From positions 1-41,871 of the IMG/VR virus record IMGVR_UViG_3300042923_001789: a stretch of DNA of 41,871 bases; one strand, written 5' to 3'. Shown here piece after piece: positions 18,049 to 27,993 of this stretch. Position 1 is the stretch's first letter. Each line of letters starts with the position of its first letter. This DNA is from a virus (taxonomy: Duplodnaviria; Caudoviricetes). The notes below the pieces were generated by a model. That model worked only from the letters and a program-made list of their open reading frames with translations, did not search any database and was not told the DNA's origin. Position numbers and translations under genes: made by a program.

Positions 18049-18482
18049 TACTGAACCGCCTTTCTAATCATTTCATCTATAATCTGGTTAACTTCATTCT
18101 CTGATTTATTCATGGCTATGTCTATAAAGTGTGTGGCTCTTGATTTAACCGTTCCATTGTTTACAAGGTGCCATTTATACCCTGTATACTTACCACCTCT
18201 TATAATGGCAAATACGGAGCCTTCTTGGTCATCTTTAACCGATACTTTAATATCATCTTTCATGTGGATATAAGGCCCTGTACCATCGTAATTAGTCAAT
18301 GCCTCACTGTCTGGTAGTTTGTTCAGTTCCTTCAATACATTGTTTTGAACAATCTTGGATATCTTCCGTATAACAGTTCTGGTTTGACCTTTTAATTCTT
18401 TTGGGATCCTTGCAATTTCTTGCTCAATAGAGAAAAGAGCAATTTCATAATCAAATGTTATGTTCATAGGCTCTACCCACAA
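18048..18482 (-). CDS. HK97 gp10-family protein
   Basis: HMKDDI...WHLVNNGT...HFI motif. Confidence 0.8.
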   Translation of the reverse strand: MWVEPMNITFDYEIALFSIEQEIARIPKELKGQTRTVIRKISKIVQNNVLKELNKLPDSEALTNYDGTGPYIHMKDDIKVSVKDDQEGSVFAIIRGGKYTGYKWHLVNNGTVKSRATHFIDIAMNKSENEVNQIIDEMIRKAVQ

Positions 18483-18799
18483 ATTAATTCTACAAAATCA
18501 TCTGTCTCATATGTGCGGATAATGTTGTATTCGGCAGCTCCTATTTTAACCATAGAAGCGTAATGTTTTATACCATCTGCATCTATATAAGCCGATAATT
18601 CATAGGCACTCTGACGTATTGTGAGTGTTGTTTGTGGTGATAAACCTACTTGATAAGAGGCGTAAAACTCACTGCGCTTTACAGATGATTTATTTGCCCA
18701 TACAATGACTTGTTGAGGTATAACTTCACCGTTAACAATCTTATTGGTTACGAGAGTTATACGCTTGTTTAATTCGCCTGGATTGAATATCTTTTCCAT
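18473..18799 (-). CDS. Head closure / head-tail adaptor
   Basis: NPGELNKRI, VWANKSSVKRSEFY, YNIIRTY. Confidence 0.8.
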   Translation of the reverse strand: MEKIFNPGELNKRITLVTNKIVNGEVIPQQVIVWANKSSVKRSEFYASYQVGLSPQTTLTIRQSAYELSAYIDADGIKHYASMVKIGAAEYNIIRTYETDDFVELICG

Positions 18800-18809
18800 A
18801 ATCCACCAC

Positions 18810-19097
18810 CTACAAGAGATTTATACGGTGCATCCCTAATATGGTTTCAACAACCTTATTAAGATTAGACTTATCCACATTTAAACTTCGGTTGTCGTGC
18901 ATGTCTTGACATAGCACATAAACTACAATTACAAAGTCAGGGTGTTCATCTATTGCAAGCTCATCTAAGTGCGTATATGACTTAATAAAGGCCTTAGATA
19001 CATCAATGAGAGTTTGTATCTCATCTGGTGTATATTCACCTTCTTCTAGCTTTGAATAATTTACTATATTGCTTACTTGGATTTCACTTACCTTCAT
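18810..19097 (-). CDS. Head-tail connector (gp6-like)
   Basis: FIKSYT...LCQDMHDNR...ILGMHRINLL. Confidence 0.85.
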   Translation of the reverse strand: MKVSEIQVSNIVNYSKLEEGEYTPDEIQTLIDVSKAFIKSYTHLDELAIDEHPDFVIVVYVLCQDMHDNRSLNVDKSNLNKVVETILGMHRINLL

Positions 19098-19155
19098 GCT
19101 TTCACCGCCTTAATAACAGGACTGACGCTAAGTCAGCCCCGTATGTATGATCTAA

Positions 19156-20328
19156 TTATACCGACATTACAAGAGTAGCGACTTTCTGGTTGTCTGTTAC
19201 TTTGGAGTCAAATTCAAACCATGCAACAACACCAATAGCATGTTGAGTCGCATACTTTTCAGTTAATACTTGAATTTCGATCCCTTCACGCATATTTACA
19301 GATAATCCACTGTAATCACCGTAAAGCACTGCTTTAGCTGCTGATGCAATCTTAGGCATATTATCGGAAATATATACAGATTTTCCTAAGAGTCTGTAAG
19401 GGAACTCACCTGTTACATCATCTTGTAGTAAGTATCTACCGGTTGTATCTTTCAACTTCCTAATTGCTGTGAATGTATCTGGATGCATCGTCCAACATGC
19501 ATTCCCCTGATATGCTTGTTTAACCTTGGACTGTAAATCAATAAGGTTATCAGCGGTAATTGCAGAGACGGAACCTGCATTCATTGTGTTGGTAGTGTTC
19601 AAGATACCGGTTGCAGCACTTGTGCCTGTTCCGCTTAGTAATTGACCTTCTAAGAATATTGCAATCTGTTCAGCCATGTAGTTAACTACAAAAGACACAA
19701 CATCAACAGCAGCATTGTTTACTACACTCTTGCCTATAAGCGCAAGTGCGCCCGCTAAATAGCCACCAAGATCGATTGATGTGAATTTTCCGGAATCGGC
19801 TGTTAGCTCTGTGAACTCAGCTTGATATCCTACTGTAACATCATGAGTGGTATTGGCTAATCCCCAAACAGGTACTTTAAGTGTGCCTTTTACAGCATAC
19901 ATAGTAGCTTTTGCAAAGATAGGGCAAATATCTTTTACTGCTTTGATAATTCTGTTGGCTATTGTTGTAGGGATAACGGCACCATTGTTGCCCATGGTTA
20001 CGTTTTGCTCTCCGGCTCTTTCTTCTACAAATATGCCGGCTTCTTTCTTGATGTAGTTAGCAAATGCTCTTTCTTCTACAGCAGCTACTTCTTCTGCTCT
20101 TAACTCTGTTTTCTTATCGTCTGTTATAACGTTGAACTGTAGATCTCTTGCTCTCTCTGCTCTCGCGATAGTCTCTTCCAATGCTCTAACCTCGGTTTCA
20201 GCCTTATCAAATGCAGCTGTTTCCTCTGATGTCATTTCTGCTCTTTCTTCGGTTTCCATCTTTGATAAAATGGCTTTCATTGCTGCTACTTTTGCATTTC
20301 TTTCTTCGTAAAGCTTCTTTAATTTCAT
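19156..20328 (-). CDS. Major capsid protein, HK97 family
   Basis: Coiled-coil delta domain, GAVIPTTI, LKDTTGRYL, LLGKSV, YGDYS. Confidence 0.95.
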   Translation of the reverse strand: MKLKKLYEERNAKVAAMKAILSKMETEERAEMTSEETAAFDKAETEVRALEETIARAERARDLQFNVITDDKKTELRAEEVAAVEERAFANYIKKEAGIFVEERAGEQNVTMGNNGAVIPTTIANRIIKAVKDICPIFAKATMYAVKGTLKVPVWGLANTTHDVTVGYQAEFTELTADSGKFTSIDLGGYLAGALALIGKSVVNNAAVDVVSFVVNYMAEQIAIFLEGQLLSGTGTSAATGILNTTNTMNAGSVSAITADNLIDLQSKVKQAYQGNACWTMHPDTFTAIRKLKDTTGRYLLQDDVTGEFPYRLLGKSVYISDNMPKIASAAKAVLYGDYSGLSVNMREGIEIQVLTEKYATQHAIGVVAWFEFDSKVTDNQKVATLVMSV

Positions 20329-20364
20329 ATGCTTTCTCCCTTTCTGCGCATAAAAATAAGTCGA

Positions 20365-20967
20365 CTATTTGCCGACTCTTAGTTTATTTATTCTTTTTTG
20401 ATACTCGGTTAAATTGATTTGTTTCTTAGGTGTTTCAACCATATCCGTAACAGTGATATCCTCATATGTTCTTGTTTCAATCTCTGTCGCTTCTTCATCC
20501 TCTGCTCTTAATTCAATTGAAGTAGCCGAATAAGCTGGGTTCTTTCTCATTACAAGTGTTATGTGATCCAAAACAAAATCTTTTACTCGCCTAATTGGTA
20601 ATTCCCCGGCTCTCTCTTCGATTTTATCAATTACCTTGGTCATCCCAAATGACCACCCTTTGAGTTTGCCGTGTTTCGCTGCTTCAATTACTTCTGGATC
20701 AGTAATTATTGTTTTTGCCTTTGGTCCTATGTTATCTTCTCGTAATTCGAGTGAATTATCTTGTGTTTGAGCCAAAACTCTTGATTTATCATGGTCAAGA
20801 GTCATTGGTATGTTGGCGGAGTTTATTAATGACCTTTCAAATGCTCTTGGCTCGATTACTTCAATTACTTTTTGTCCCTTGGATGTAATTACCGGCCGGC
20901 TTTCTCTTCCCGGTACATTGACGTACCCCTCGATATGTAACCCATCGGCTCTAATTTCTATATTCAA
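20365..20967 (-). CDS. Prohead protease, HK97 family
   Basis: IEGYVN, LDHD, LREDNIG, GWSFG, PAYSATSI. Confidence 0.92.
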   Translation of the reverse strand: MNIEIRADGLHIEGYVNVPGRESRPVITSKGQKVIEVIEPRAFERSLINSANIPMTLDHDKSRVLAQTQDNSLELREDNIGPKAKTIITDPEVIEAAKHGKLKGWSFGMTKVIDKIEERAGELPIRRVKDFVLDHITLVMRKNPAYSATSIELRAEDEEATEIETRTYEDITVTDMVETPKKQINLTEYQKRINKLRVGK

Positions 20968-22202
20968 CTCGTTTCACCACCTTTCAATTTTGTAGTATCT
21001 TGCACTTTATCGGTGTTTGGAGTATATACCTCGCCTGTTTTCGTGTTATAAAGTACAGAATTAAGCCCTACATTTATCCAATCAATGCCGAATGGTTCAT
21101 CATTTTCCATATACCTAATCTCGTCAATCTTTTTAAATCCTTTGTCGATTGCTACTGCATAAGCATCATATCTTTCTTTTAGGCTGCCTTTTAGCATTTC
21201 TTTGGTATCAAATGCCCAATAATATGTTGATTTTTCATTCTCAAGAAGAAAATCTCGGTTTAAAGCACATTCTATTACCCTTAAAAGTGGCATAATTCCC
21301 ATTTTAAAAGCATTGTTGTATTCTTTTTCTGATGCATTTCCAGTGATAACATTGACCGGGAATAGGAATAACTTGCATAATTCAGATGAGTTAGTTTCCT
21401 TATTCTCGTTTAACTGCATTTCTACGGATGAATTAGATGCTTCTTGGAACTCTATGCCCTTATTAAGCACAACAACATTCTCTGAATTATTGCTATATAA
21501 TCTTGCGTAAGCTTCTCTGAGTGCGGTCATTGCCACATCCGATATCTCTCTCTCAGATTTTAAAAATCCTTTTCGATTACCGCCTTTTTTTACAAGATTT
21601 TCTTCAAATATAAGAGAATTATACGCCACGCTTAACATTAGCGCATTTTCTTCAACTATGCTTACACCGCGACAGCCATCTTTTGTATTTCTAAGTAACT
21701 TTATAAATTCAAATGGCTTATACGGTTTTCCCTGCACCATAATATCGTAATCTTTGAATATAGGATCAGTATTTTTTATCTGTGATATATTGATTTCTTC
21801 AACATAATGCAGACTTTCATACCCGCCATATCCACGATTTATGTAAGCATATCCGCCTTTTCCAAGATAATAATCTGTAATTAGTGCTCTCCAAAATTGT
21901 GCTGCATCTAATGTATCTCCGGTATCATCATTAAGTAATCTAACGCGCCTATCATCTTTTATTTCCTCTACTTTCCCATTATTATCACGGTAAAGTTTGA
22001 TTGGCAGCATCGAAACTGTATCAGACGCGAATTTTATACACGCTTGAATAGATGGAATACTAAGAGCTTCAACCTTGGTTATTGTAGTTTTTCCAATTAA
22101 CGCTTGTAAAAGCGTACTTTCAAACTCAATCATGCCTTCCGCCCTTTCTTCCGGCTCGGCCCTTGCTTTTAAAACATTAGCATTATCTGTTATAAAGCCC
22201 AA
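20964..22202 (-). CDS. Portal protein, HK97 family
   Basis: SMLPIKLY, GGYAYI, GVSIV, IDEIRYMEN. Confidence 0.93.
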   Translation of the reverse strand: MGFITDNANVLKARAEPEERAEGMIEFESTLLQALIGKTTITKVEALSIPSIQACIKFASDTVSMLPIKLYRDNNGKVEEIKDDRRVRLLNDDTGDTLDAAQFWRALITDYYLGKGGYAYINRGYGGYESLHYVEEINISQIKNTDPIFKDYDIMVQGKPYKPFEFIKLLRNTKDGCRGVSIVEENALMLSVAYNSLIFEENLVKKGGNRKGFLKSEREISDVAMTALREAYARLYSNNSENVVVLNKGIEFQEASNSSVEMQLNENKETNSSELCKLFLFPVNVITGNASEKEYNNAFKMGIMPLLRVIECALNRDFLLENEKSTYYWAFDTKEMLKGSLKERYDAYAVAIDKGFKKIDEIRYMENDEPFGIDWINVGLNSVLYNTKTGEVYTPNTDKVQDTTKLKGGETS

Positions 22203-22216
22203 TTTATCACCTCTTT

Positions 22217-23926
22217 CTAATATTGTGCTATAAAGTTTGAACCATATAATAATTCTTGCTCTATGAGATAGGTCGAATTTATATTTCCTACAACCTGGTC
22301 TACTTTACCTACTGATTTTTTCTTATTAACGTACTTGTTTTTGTTCGTGTCTTCGGTACATCTAGCATTTTGGAAGTTGATTTCAAGCATTAAATTATCA
22401 TCATAATGATATTTTTTGCTTAAAATCTTTTCTTTGAGTAGTTTTGTAGGAGAATGAAGCACGCTCGAATGTTGTTTTATCTCTACGCATTCAATTCCTT
22501 TATTTTCAAGCTTTTGCACTGTGCTTAAAGCATTCCATTTGTCATATCCTAGTTGTACTATTACTACACCATATTTACTCTCTAGCCCTAATATAAAGCT
22601 CTCTACAAATGTGTAGTCTATAACTTCATCACCACACGCGAAACAATCTTCATTCTTGATTAACCTTTGATAGTCAACTCCTTCGCGCTTTGTTTTATAA
22701 TCAACCCTATCTTTTGGTATAAAACCGAACGTTTTGCTATAGAGATCACAATCCTCTACGCAAGTTCCTTCATAGGTTTCCATATTAACGCTGACATTAT
22801 CATCCGACATCGACAAATCAAGTCCCAACCATACCCTTCGACCTCTCCACCATTTATCAACAGCTTCGCGCTTGCACTCTCTAACCTTGGTGATTTCAAC
22901 ATATCCTTCAACTCCCAAGCCTTTGTATTTAATGTTATTGTGCTTACAAAGGTAGTTCTCGCGCTTATTTTCATAAACAATGGCATCCTCACGTTTTTCA
23001 ATAAGCTTTTTAAATATTCTCTTTATGTCAATCGCAACCGGATTGCTTTGATATATACACAGATCATCCGTTTGCCATTTATCATCACGCAGCAAATAAT
23101 CGTCTGGCTCATATAATAGTGAAAATATCCTCTTGCTGTCTCTTAGTCCATCAAGTGCCTTTTTGCACTTGTCAACTTCATCAATCATTACATTGTTGTC
23201 ATTCGGGTATTCCGTGCTAATTATAATTCCGAGTCCATTTATCAATGCAATCTGTCCTGATCGCATGGCTTCGACTGGATAACTGTCCATTGCTCCGGCT
23301 TCATCTGCCAAATATGCATTTGGTTGCTTACCATCACAAGTATCCTCCGAATAAGCAAGTGGGGTATATTCGCTTTCTGTTAGTAAACATCTTATTTCAG
23401 ACCTGAGTGTTTTAAAGACTGGTTCTAATTCATCACTTAATAACGGACTTGACTTAATTATTTTTCTTAAAGCAAGCTGTAACTCCTTAGACAGTTTTAA
23501 ATCTGGTGCTACAGAAAAGAACCTAGAAAATTTAGGTTCTGTGAGCATTAATATTAAAAATATCACCGCTGAATTAAATGTCTTAAAATTTTTTCTAGCT
23601 ATTTTTAACACGGCTGTTTCGTAATAGCGAATAATTATATCATCGTCTTCATCATACATTTTCGTGCAAAATACGGCTGTTATAAAAAACATAGCGTATG
23701 TTTCAAGTGCTTCGTCTAGTGGCTTATGTAGATCGGGATGGTTCATGAGTTTCAAGAGCTTTATAACCGTTTTATATGTAGTTTCATCAACAAATACTTT
23801 GTCACTCTTATTATCAACTATTTCCTTCCATGCTTGACATTGCTTTTTAACATACATCGGAACTTTGTTATTTCCTTCTTGTAATGCCCATAAGCAATAT
23901 TGATATGCCCTACTTTCTTCTATCAC
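22217..23926 (-). CDS. terL: Terminase large subunit
   Basis: IARKNFKT Walker A, YLADEAG Walker B, GLDLS nuclease, YDKWNA, KVD. Confidence 0.95.
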   Translation of the reverse strand: MIEESRAYQYCLWALQEGNNKVPMYVKKQCQAWKEIVDNKSDKVFVDETTYKTVIKLLKLMNHPDLHKPLDEALETYAMFFITAVFCTKMYDEDDDIIIRYYETAVLKIARKNFKTFNSAVIFLILMLTEPKFSRFFSVAPDLKLSKELQLALRKIIKSSPLLSDELEPVFKTLRSEIRCLLTESEYTPLAYSEDTCDGKQPNAYLADEAGAMDSYPVEAMRSGQIALINGLGIIISTEYPNDNNVMIDEVDKCKKALDGLRDSKRIFSLLYEPDDYLLRDDKWQTDDLCIYQSNPVAIDIKRIFKKLIEKREDAIVYENKRENYLCKHNNIKYKGLGVEGYVEITKVRECKREAVDKWWRGRRVWLGLDLSMSDDNVSVNMETYEGTCVEDCDLYSKTFGFIPKDRVDYKTKREGVDYQRLIKNEDCFACGDEVIDYTFVESFILGLESKYGVVIVQLGYDKWNALSTVQKLENKGIECVEIKQHSSVLHSPTKLLKEKILSKKYHYDDNLMLEINFQNARCTEDTNKNKYVNKKKSVGKVDQVVGNINSTYLIEQELLYGSNFIAQY

Positions 23927-24484
23927 TTAATCACCGCCCAGGGCTTCGAGTAAAGCGTTCTTTTTACTATCTGTTTTCTTTGGTATGCTCCTAAGTGCTG
24001 CAGCTATTGTCATTAAGTTTTCCTTCTCAATGTCAAAAAGCATTTTCCGCTTAGCTTGTATTTGTTTATCAATTGATATTTGTTTTGTGATAAGACGATC
24101 TTTATAATCAATGTATTGTTCATATTCAATTTGCTTGTCCGAGAATTGCTCGTTTAGCTCTTCTAGATCCATATCAATCTGTCTCGTTTTAATTTCAAAA
24201 GATTTGCACTCCGCTACAATGGTACAATATCTATTTATTACACCTTCATGAATTGCATCGTTTTTCTCTATGTTTTCTAGTAGTTCATTAATTCTTTTGA
24301 ACTCTTTATGTGCATATGGATTATTCTTTACCTCTTTCCACTCTTTCATTTTTACACCAGTTGCAAGAGAAGCTTCTCCTTGCTTTCTCTGATTTAATTC
24401 GGAATTTGTCCGGTGTGATTTCTTTTCACTTTTAAGAAGTTGGTACGGTTTAGGTGGTGTAGGAATAGCAATCACTCCTTTCAA
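23927..24484 (-). CDS. terS: Terminase small subunit (P27-like); start uncertain, possibly ATT at 24466
   Basis: PTPPKP, RYC, ENLMTIAAALR motifs; upstream of terL. Confidence 0.88.
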   Translation of the reverse strand: MKGVIAIPTPPKPYQLLKSEKKSHRTNSELNQRKQGEASLATGVKMKEWKEVKNNPYAHKEFKRINELLENIEKNDAIHEGVINRYCTIVAECKSFEIKTRQIDMDLEELNEQFSDKQIEYEQYIDYKDRLITKQISIDKQIQAKRKMLFDIEKENLMTIAAALRSIPKKTDSKKNALLEALGGD

Positions 24485-24514
24485 AAGTTGATGTGGGAAT
24501 AAATTATACGTAAA

Positions 24515-24528
24515 GGTGCAACGTCGGT
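24515..24528. other. Candidate cos site
   Basis: GC-rich ACCGACGTTGCACC island (minus strand) in the AT-rich gap between HNH and terS, the usual cos position in HNH/HK97-type phages. Confidence 0.5.
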
Positions 24529-24554
24529 GTTTTAAAATTTATAAAATTTAATTT

Positions 24555-24947
24555 TCAATGGCCGGGGGGATTGTTTTGCTCGTCAATAATATTTTTTATT
24601 GTTTTGTAATCTATAATTCCTTTCTCTGCCATCTCATGATGATAATCACAAACTGTTATCAGATTGTCATTATCTAGTCTTTTATCATAATTTACACTTA
24701 GAGGAATTGCATGATGAACTGAAATGTTGTCATATGTATATTGGTTTGTTGTGTTGTAAAGTTTTCTAATACACACTTGGCAAAGGTAATTGTCTCTTTC
24801 TTTAATCTCTGTTCGTTTGTCTTGCCATTCTTTTGTCCATCTGAATTTATCTGCCTGAGTATTCCCTTTTATTCTTTTCGGTTTCTTCCCACAATCATAT
24901 TTACTGTCGTGTATTCTTCCACAATACTTGCATGACTTAAGCATCAT
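24555..24947 (-). CDS. HNH endonuclease, packaging-associated
   Basis: RDNYLCQVC, VHHAIP, NLITVCDYHH. Confidence 0.92.
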   Translation of the reverse strand: MMLKSCKYCGRIHDSKYDCGKKPKRIKGNTQADKFRWTKEWQDKRTEIKERDNYLCQVCIRKLYNTTNQYTYDNISVHHAIPLSVNYDKRLDNDNLITVCDYHHEMAEKGIIDYKTIKNIIDEQNNPPGH

Positions 24948-25240
24948 GTTCTCCTTGTAATTATATAATCCAATAGGTTCTCGTCTGTAACACCGAATAA
25001 TTTATATAGCAATAGTAATGCAAATCCTATTAGCAATGTTATAAATGCAAGTCTTATAATGTATATCACTTTGGTTTTTATATCTATTGCATCCTCTATC
25101 ATTTCACATTCATGCATTATCTCTATTCCAAATAGACATAGAATTAAAATGTTTATTATCCAACACATATAATCACCATCCTTTATATCCTCGCTCCCAC
25201 CTCTGCGTCTTATTGGATATATATCCCTACACATCACCAT
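24944..25240 (-). CDS. Hypothetical membrane protein (start probably internal, MCWIIN)
   Basis: Two hydrophobic segments; AAGGATGG RBS before the internal ATG. Confidence 0.6.
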   Translation of the reverse strand: MVMCRDIYPIRRRGGSEDIKDGDYMCWIINILILCLFGIEIMHECEMIEDAIDIKTKVIYIIRLAFITLLIGFALLLLYKLFGVTDENLLDYIITRRT

Positions 25241-25443
25241 ATGTTATTCGAACGCTCGGTGCCAAATGGATTGTTGCTACTTGCTTTATATTTCATCGGT
25301 TGATAACCACCACTAAATAATTCTATTGCTTTTCTCTTTCCACACTTACAACAAGTCAGATATATGTATTTTGGTTGTTCATCTGTTTTAATCCATTTAT
25401 GTATATGTAACATATATCCTCCTTTATTTACTCTGCCACCCAC
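25234..25443 (-). CDS. Small Cys/His hypothetical protein
   Basis: HIHKW...CCKCGK; AAGGAGG before MLHIH. Confidence 0.6.
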   Translation of the reverse strand: MGGRVNKGGYMLHIHKWIKTDEQPKYIYLTCCKCGKRKAIELFSGGYQPMKYKASSNNPFGTERSNNIW

Positions 25444-25547
25444 CTGGCTTCATTTGAGTAATCACCCCTACACATCATTACAATGTGCTACACCTAATAT
25501 ACTTATATTTATTTACCTTATACATGCTTTAATTACACGCACTAAAA

Positions 25548-25579
25548 AAGGCACTAGAGATTATTACTCGGGTGCCTTT
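25548..25579 (-). terminator. Terminator-like hairpin downstream of the late activator
   Basis: AAAGGCAC...GTGCCTTT inverted repeat with T-run on the minus strand. Confidence 0.65.
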
Positions 25580-25639
25580 CTTTGTGGATATGTAATGACT
25601 CACAATAAATAAGGAGGTTTATTTATCTTTGGTATCTTG

Positions 25640-25675
25640 ATAATATCATACTTCGCGTGTGTCATTCTATGGACA
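25640..25675 (-). promoter_or_regulatory. Putative activator-dependent late promoter
   Basis: TGTC-N8-GACA inverted repeat at the activator stop, followed by TG-A-TATTAT extended -10. Confidence 0.5.
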
Positions 25676-26089
25676 TGTAAAATTATTTAATGCTTTCCCA
25701 TGTAGTCTGTGAATATGCTTCCAACAGTAATCCATATCTACACATATTTGCTCCCAGGTCTTAAACTCTATGTACCTCTTATGAAGAATACTACTTTCAA
25801 TACCATCTGATATATCTGCTATAATGTTCTCAATCTCAATCTTTCTATTAATACAATCAGCTCTAGCCAGAATGATCTTTGTGAATACTGCATCCACCTT
25901 TACTATGTAGTCAGATAAATCATTCTGTTTACTTCCCCTAGGCATATCTGTAATGGATTGTACTTTTGCTGATTGTTCTACCTCTCTGAGAGATTGAAGT
26001 TGTTCTTCTAAGCATTGGAGCTTTTTACATAAATTCTTATAACTATTTAGATATTCTTTTTTCTGTTCGTTATTTGCCAGTTTAATCAC
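25667..26089 (-). CDS. RinA/ArpU-like late transcriptional activator
   Basis: KKEYLNSY...ILHKRYI...WEQI...RLHGKAL sigma-region-4-like C-terminus; upstream of the packaging genes. Confidence 0.82.
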   Translation of the reverse strand: MIKLANNEQKKEYLNSYKNLCKKLQCLEEQLQSLREVEQSAKVQSITDMPRGSKQNDLSDYIVKVDAVFTKIILARADCINRKIEIENIIADISDGIESSILHKRYIEFKTWEQICVDMDYCWKHIHRLHGKALNNFTCP

Positions 26090-26257
26090 CCCTTATCCTC
26101 TTCTCTTCGGCTTCAAGTATATTCTTCAATTTATCTTCCATATCCTGTTTAACCAGTGTGCAATCTTCACATACATCGGTATCCTCATCTGGACATCGCT
26201 CACATCTTTTTGTTCTCATGCTGCCTCCTATAATCCTCATATAGAGGTTTTTATATA

Positions 26258-26554
26258 TTATTGGTGTAAATCATTGGTTGCGGTTTCTTGACTCCAATCC
26301 TGTGCCTGTCCGCACGCTTCACAATACAAATATCTATTATTTAATTCATTCCTACATACGCTACAGTATCCATCTTTCATGATTACATTTCCTTTGAAGT
26401 CGTGAATTTCTCTTATCTCAAGCGGTTTTCTTTGTACCTGTTTCTCCAATACCTCAATAGCCATCCCATAAGCCATCTTTTGTTCTTCACTTTGTACCCT
26501 TTGGGATTTTAATTTACTTTGTATGTATTGTATGGAACGTTGGGTGTTATTCAT
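26258..26554 (-). CDS. Hypothetical Zn-ribbon protein
   Basis: CSVC...YCEACGQ..DW. Confidence 0.7.
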   Translation of the reverse strand: MNNTQRSIQYIQSKLKSQRVQSEEQKMAYGMAIEVLEKQVQRKPLEIREIHDFKGNVIMKDGYCSVCRNELNNRYLYCEACGQAQDWSQETATNDLHQ

Positions 26555-26718
26555 TTTGCTCCTTTTTCAAAAAGTTTCTTTATATCAATTAACAAACAGA
26601 TTATAAATACAAGTCCAACGCATACCATGCTGAAGATTGAGGCGCAATAATTTTCTGTTCTCCATATGAGTAATATGTTAACTATCCATGCAATCACAAA
26701 TAATATCCAGTATTTCAT
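26551..26718 (-). CDS. Small membrane protein (55 aa, not in ORF track)
   Basis: MKYWILFVIAWIVNILLIW...; ATGA overlaps at both ends. Confidence 0.65.
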   Translation of the reverse strand: MKYWILFVIAWIVNILLIWRTENYCASIFSMVCVGLVFIICLLIDIKKLFEKGAK

Positions 26719-27251
26719 TCAGTCCCACCGCCTTTCAAGGCTTCTTCGGCTGCTTCTCTGGTAAGAAATACGGTTTTACCAATATCACTTACAAAAAATT
26801 CGTATCCACTCCCTTTACCATGACCTTCTATTACTTTGACATAGAAGCTTAATTCATTCTTGTAGTGGAAACCAAACACTTCACATGTGATAATGCCGTG
26901 TTCCTTAAACCATACATCAATTTCATAAACCGTATCCCCAACCTTACAAGGCAACTTAATCAACAACCCTTGTTCCTCAGCTTTGCGGTATTTCGCAAGT
27001 TCAAGCAAGTCGTGTATCAACCCCATACTTATTCCATCTTCGTCAACATCATCCTGGTTCTCACTCAATACGGATAAAATATCTTTGATCTCTTCTAGTG
27101 TTAACCCTAATTCTTGATACTCTGCAACCTTTTTACTTAATCCTTGTACCTCTGTTCTTGATATGTCTAAGGCTTCTTTGAGCGAAGTAATCTCTTTATC
27201 TTTATTTTTAATTACCGCTATGTGACAATTGTATGGATTATATGTACTCAT
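26715..27251 (-). CDS. Hypothetical phage protein
   Basis: LPCKVGDTVY...IGKTVFLTREAAE pattern common in clostridial phages. Confidence 0.8.
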   Translation of the reverse strand: MSTYNPYNCHIAVIKNKDKEITSLKEALDISRTEVQGLSKKVAEYQELGLTLEEIKDILSVLSENQDDVDEDGISMGLIHDLLELAKYRKAEEQGLLIKLPCKVGDTVYEIDVWFKEHGIITCEVFGFHYKNELSFYVKVIEGHGKGSGYEFFVSDIGKTVFLTREAAEEALKGGGTE

Positions 27252-27448
27252 AAATTTTTTACCCCTCTAGATATATCAACGATTGCCTTATTTAATTTAA
27301 TGGCTAAGTTTTCAGCATTTTTTGCCTTACAATATCCGGCATTGTATACACCGCATATTTTATCTCTATCGCAATCTTCACATGGTTCTACCGATTCGCA
27401 TAATCCTAACAATGTGTTTATTTCTTTTTCAGTAAATTCAATTTTCAT
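27248..27448 (-). CDS. Hypothetical Cys-rich protein
   Basis: 66 aa, RBS, ATGA coupling to the next gene. Confidence 0.65.
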   Translation of the reverse strand: MKIEFTEKEINTLLGLCESVEPCEDCDRDKICGVYNAGYCKAKNAENLAIKLNKAIVDISRGVKNL

Positions 27449-27475
27449 ATCTTCCTTCCCGATGCAGGAGCCGGC

Positions 27476-27673
27476 TCAGCCTGTCGCTCCTGCATCTATA
27501 TCAAATTGTTTATCTGCTCCAATCTCTTTAACGCTTATGTAAAATGCTCTGCCGTCAATGTGATATTGAATTCCTTGGCAGTCTTCTAAATCTATATATC
27601 CAACGCCTTCTTTTGACAGCTTTTCCGCAACTTCTCTAATTCGGTTCATTAATAATCTTTGCATATCACTCAT
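27476..27673 (-). CDS. Hypothetical protein
   Basis: 65 aa, GAAAGGA RBS. Confidence 0.65.
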   Translation of the reverse strand: MSDMQRLLMNRIREVAEKLSKEGVGYIDLEDCQGIQYHIDGRAFYISVKEIGADKQFDIDAGATG

Positions 27674-27703
27674 ACTATTTTCCTTTCCGCTGTTATCAGC
27701 TAA

Positions 27704-27943
27704 TCAGTTGTTCTCGTTCATTTCTCTTATAAATGATGATGTATCTTCGCCACGGCTATATGTTCCGGTGCCACTTATAAACAATTTCATAACTTTTGGT
27801 GCTGTTTCATCTGAATGTATGTCAAGTTGTCTAGCATGTTTACTGCATGCCACTTCATCATATGTCTTGCCATTATCCTTACTGCTTACAATCCTTGAAT
27901 GGCATCTTCTACTGCCACAAAATAGGCACTGATCTTTTCTCAT
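27704..27943 (-). CDS. Hypothetical protein (CxxC)
   Basis: Start moved to MRKDQC, using the AAGGAGG in the 46-bp repeat. Confidence 0.7.
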   Translation of the reverse strand: MRKDQCLFCGSRRCHSRIVSSKDNGKTYDEVACSKHARQLDIHSDETAPKVMKLFISGTGTYSRGEDTSSFIREMNENN

Positions 27944-27946
27944 CTT

Positions 27947-27992
27947 TTCCTCCTTATCAGCTATACCGGACTTGCCGGATGGATTGATTAAT
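27947..27992. repeat. 46-bp perfect direct repeat, copy 1
   Basis: TTCCTCCTTATCAGCTATACCGGACTTGCCGGATGGATTGATTAAT, identical to 28805-28850. Confidence 0.97.
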
Positions 27993-27993
27993 A

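Noticed and set aside
5577-25612. Many short + strand ORFs in the track (e.g. 5577..5885, 8143..8505, 10908..11255, 22667..23116)
   Set aside because: Antisense shadows of well-supported structural genes, with no RBS or motifs.
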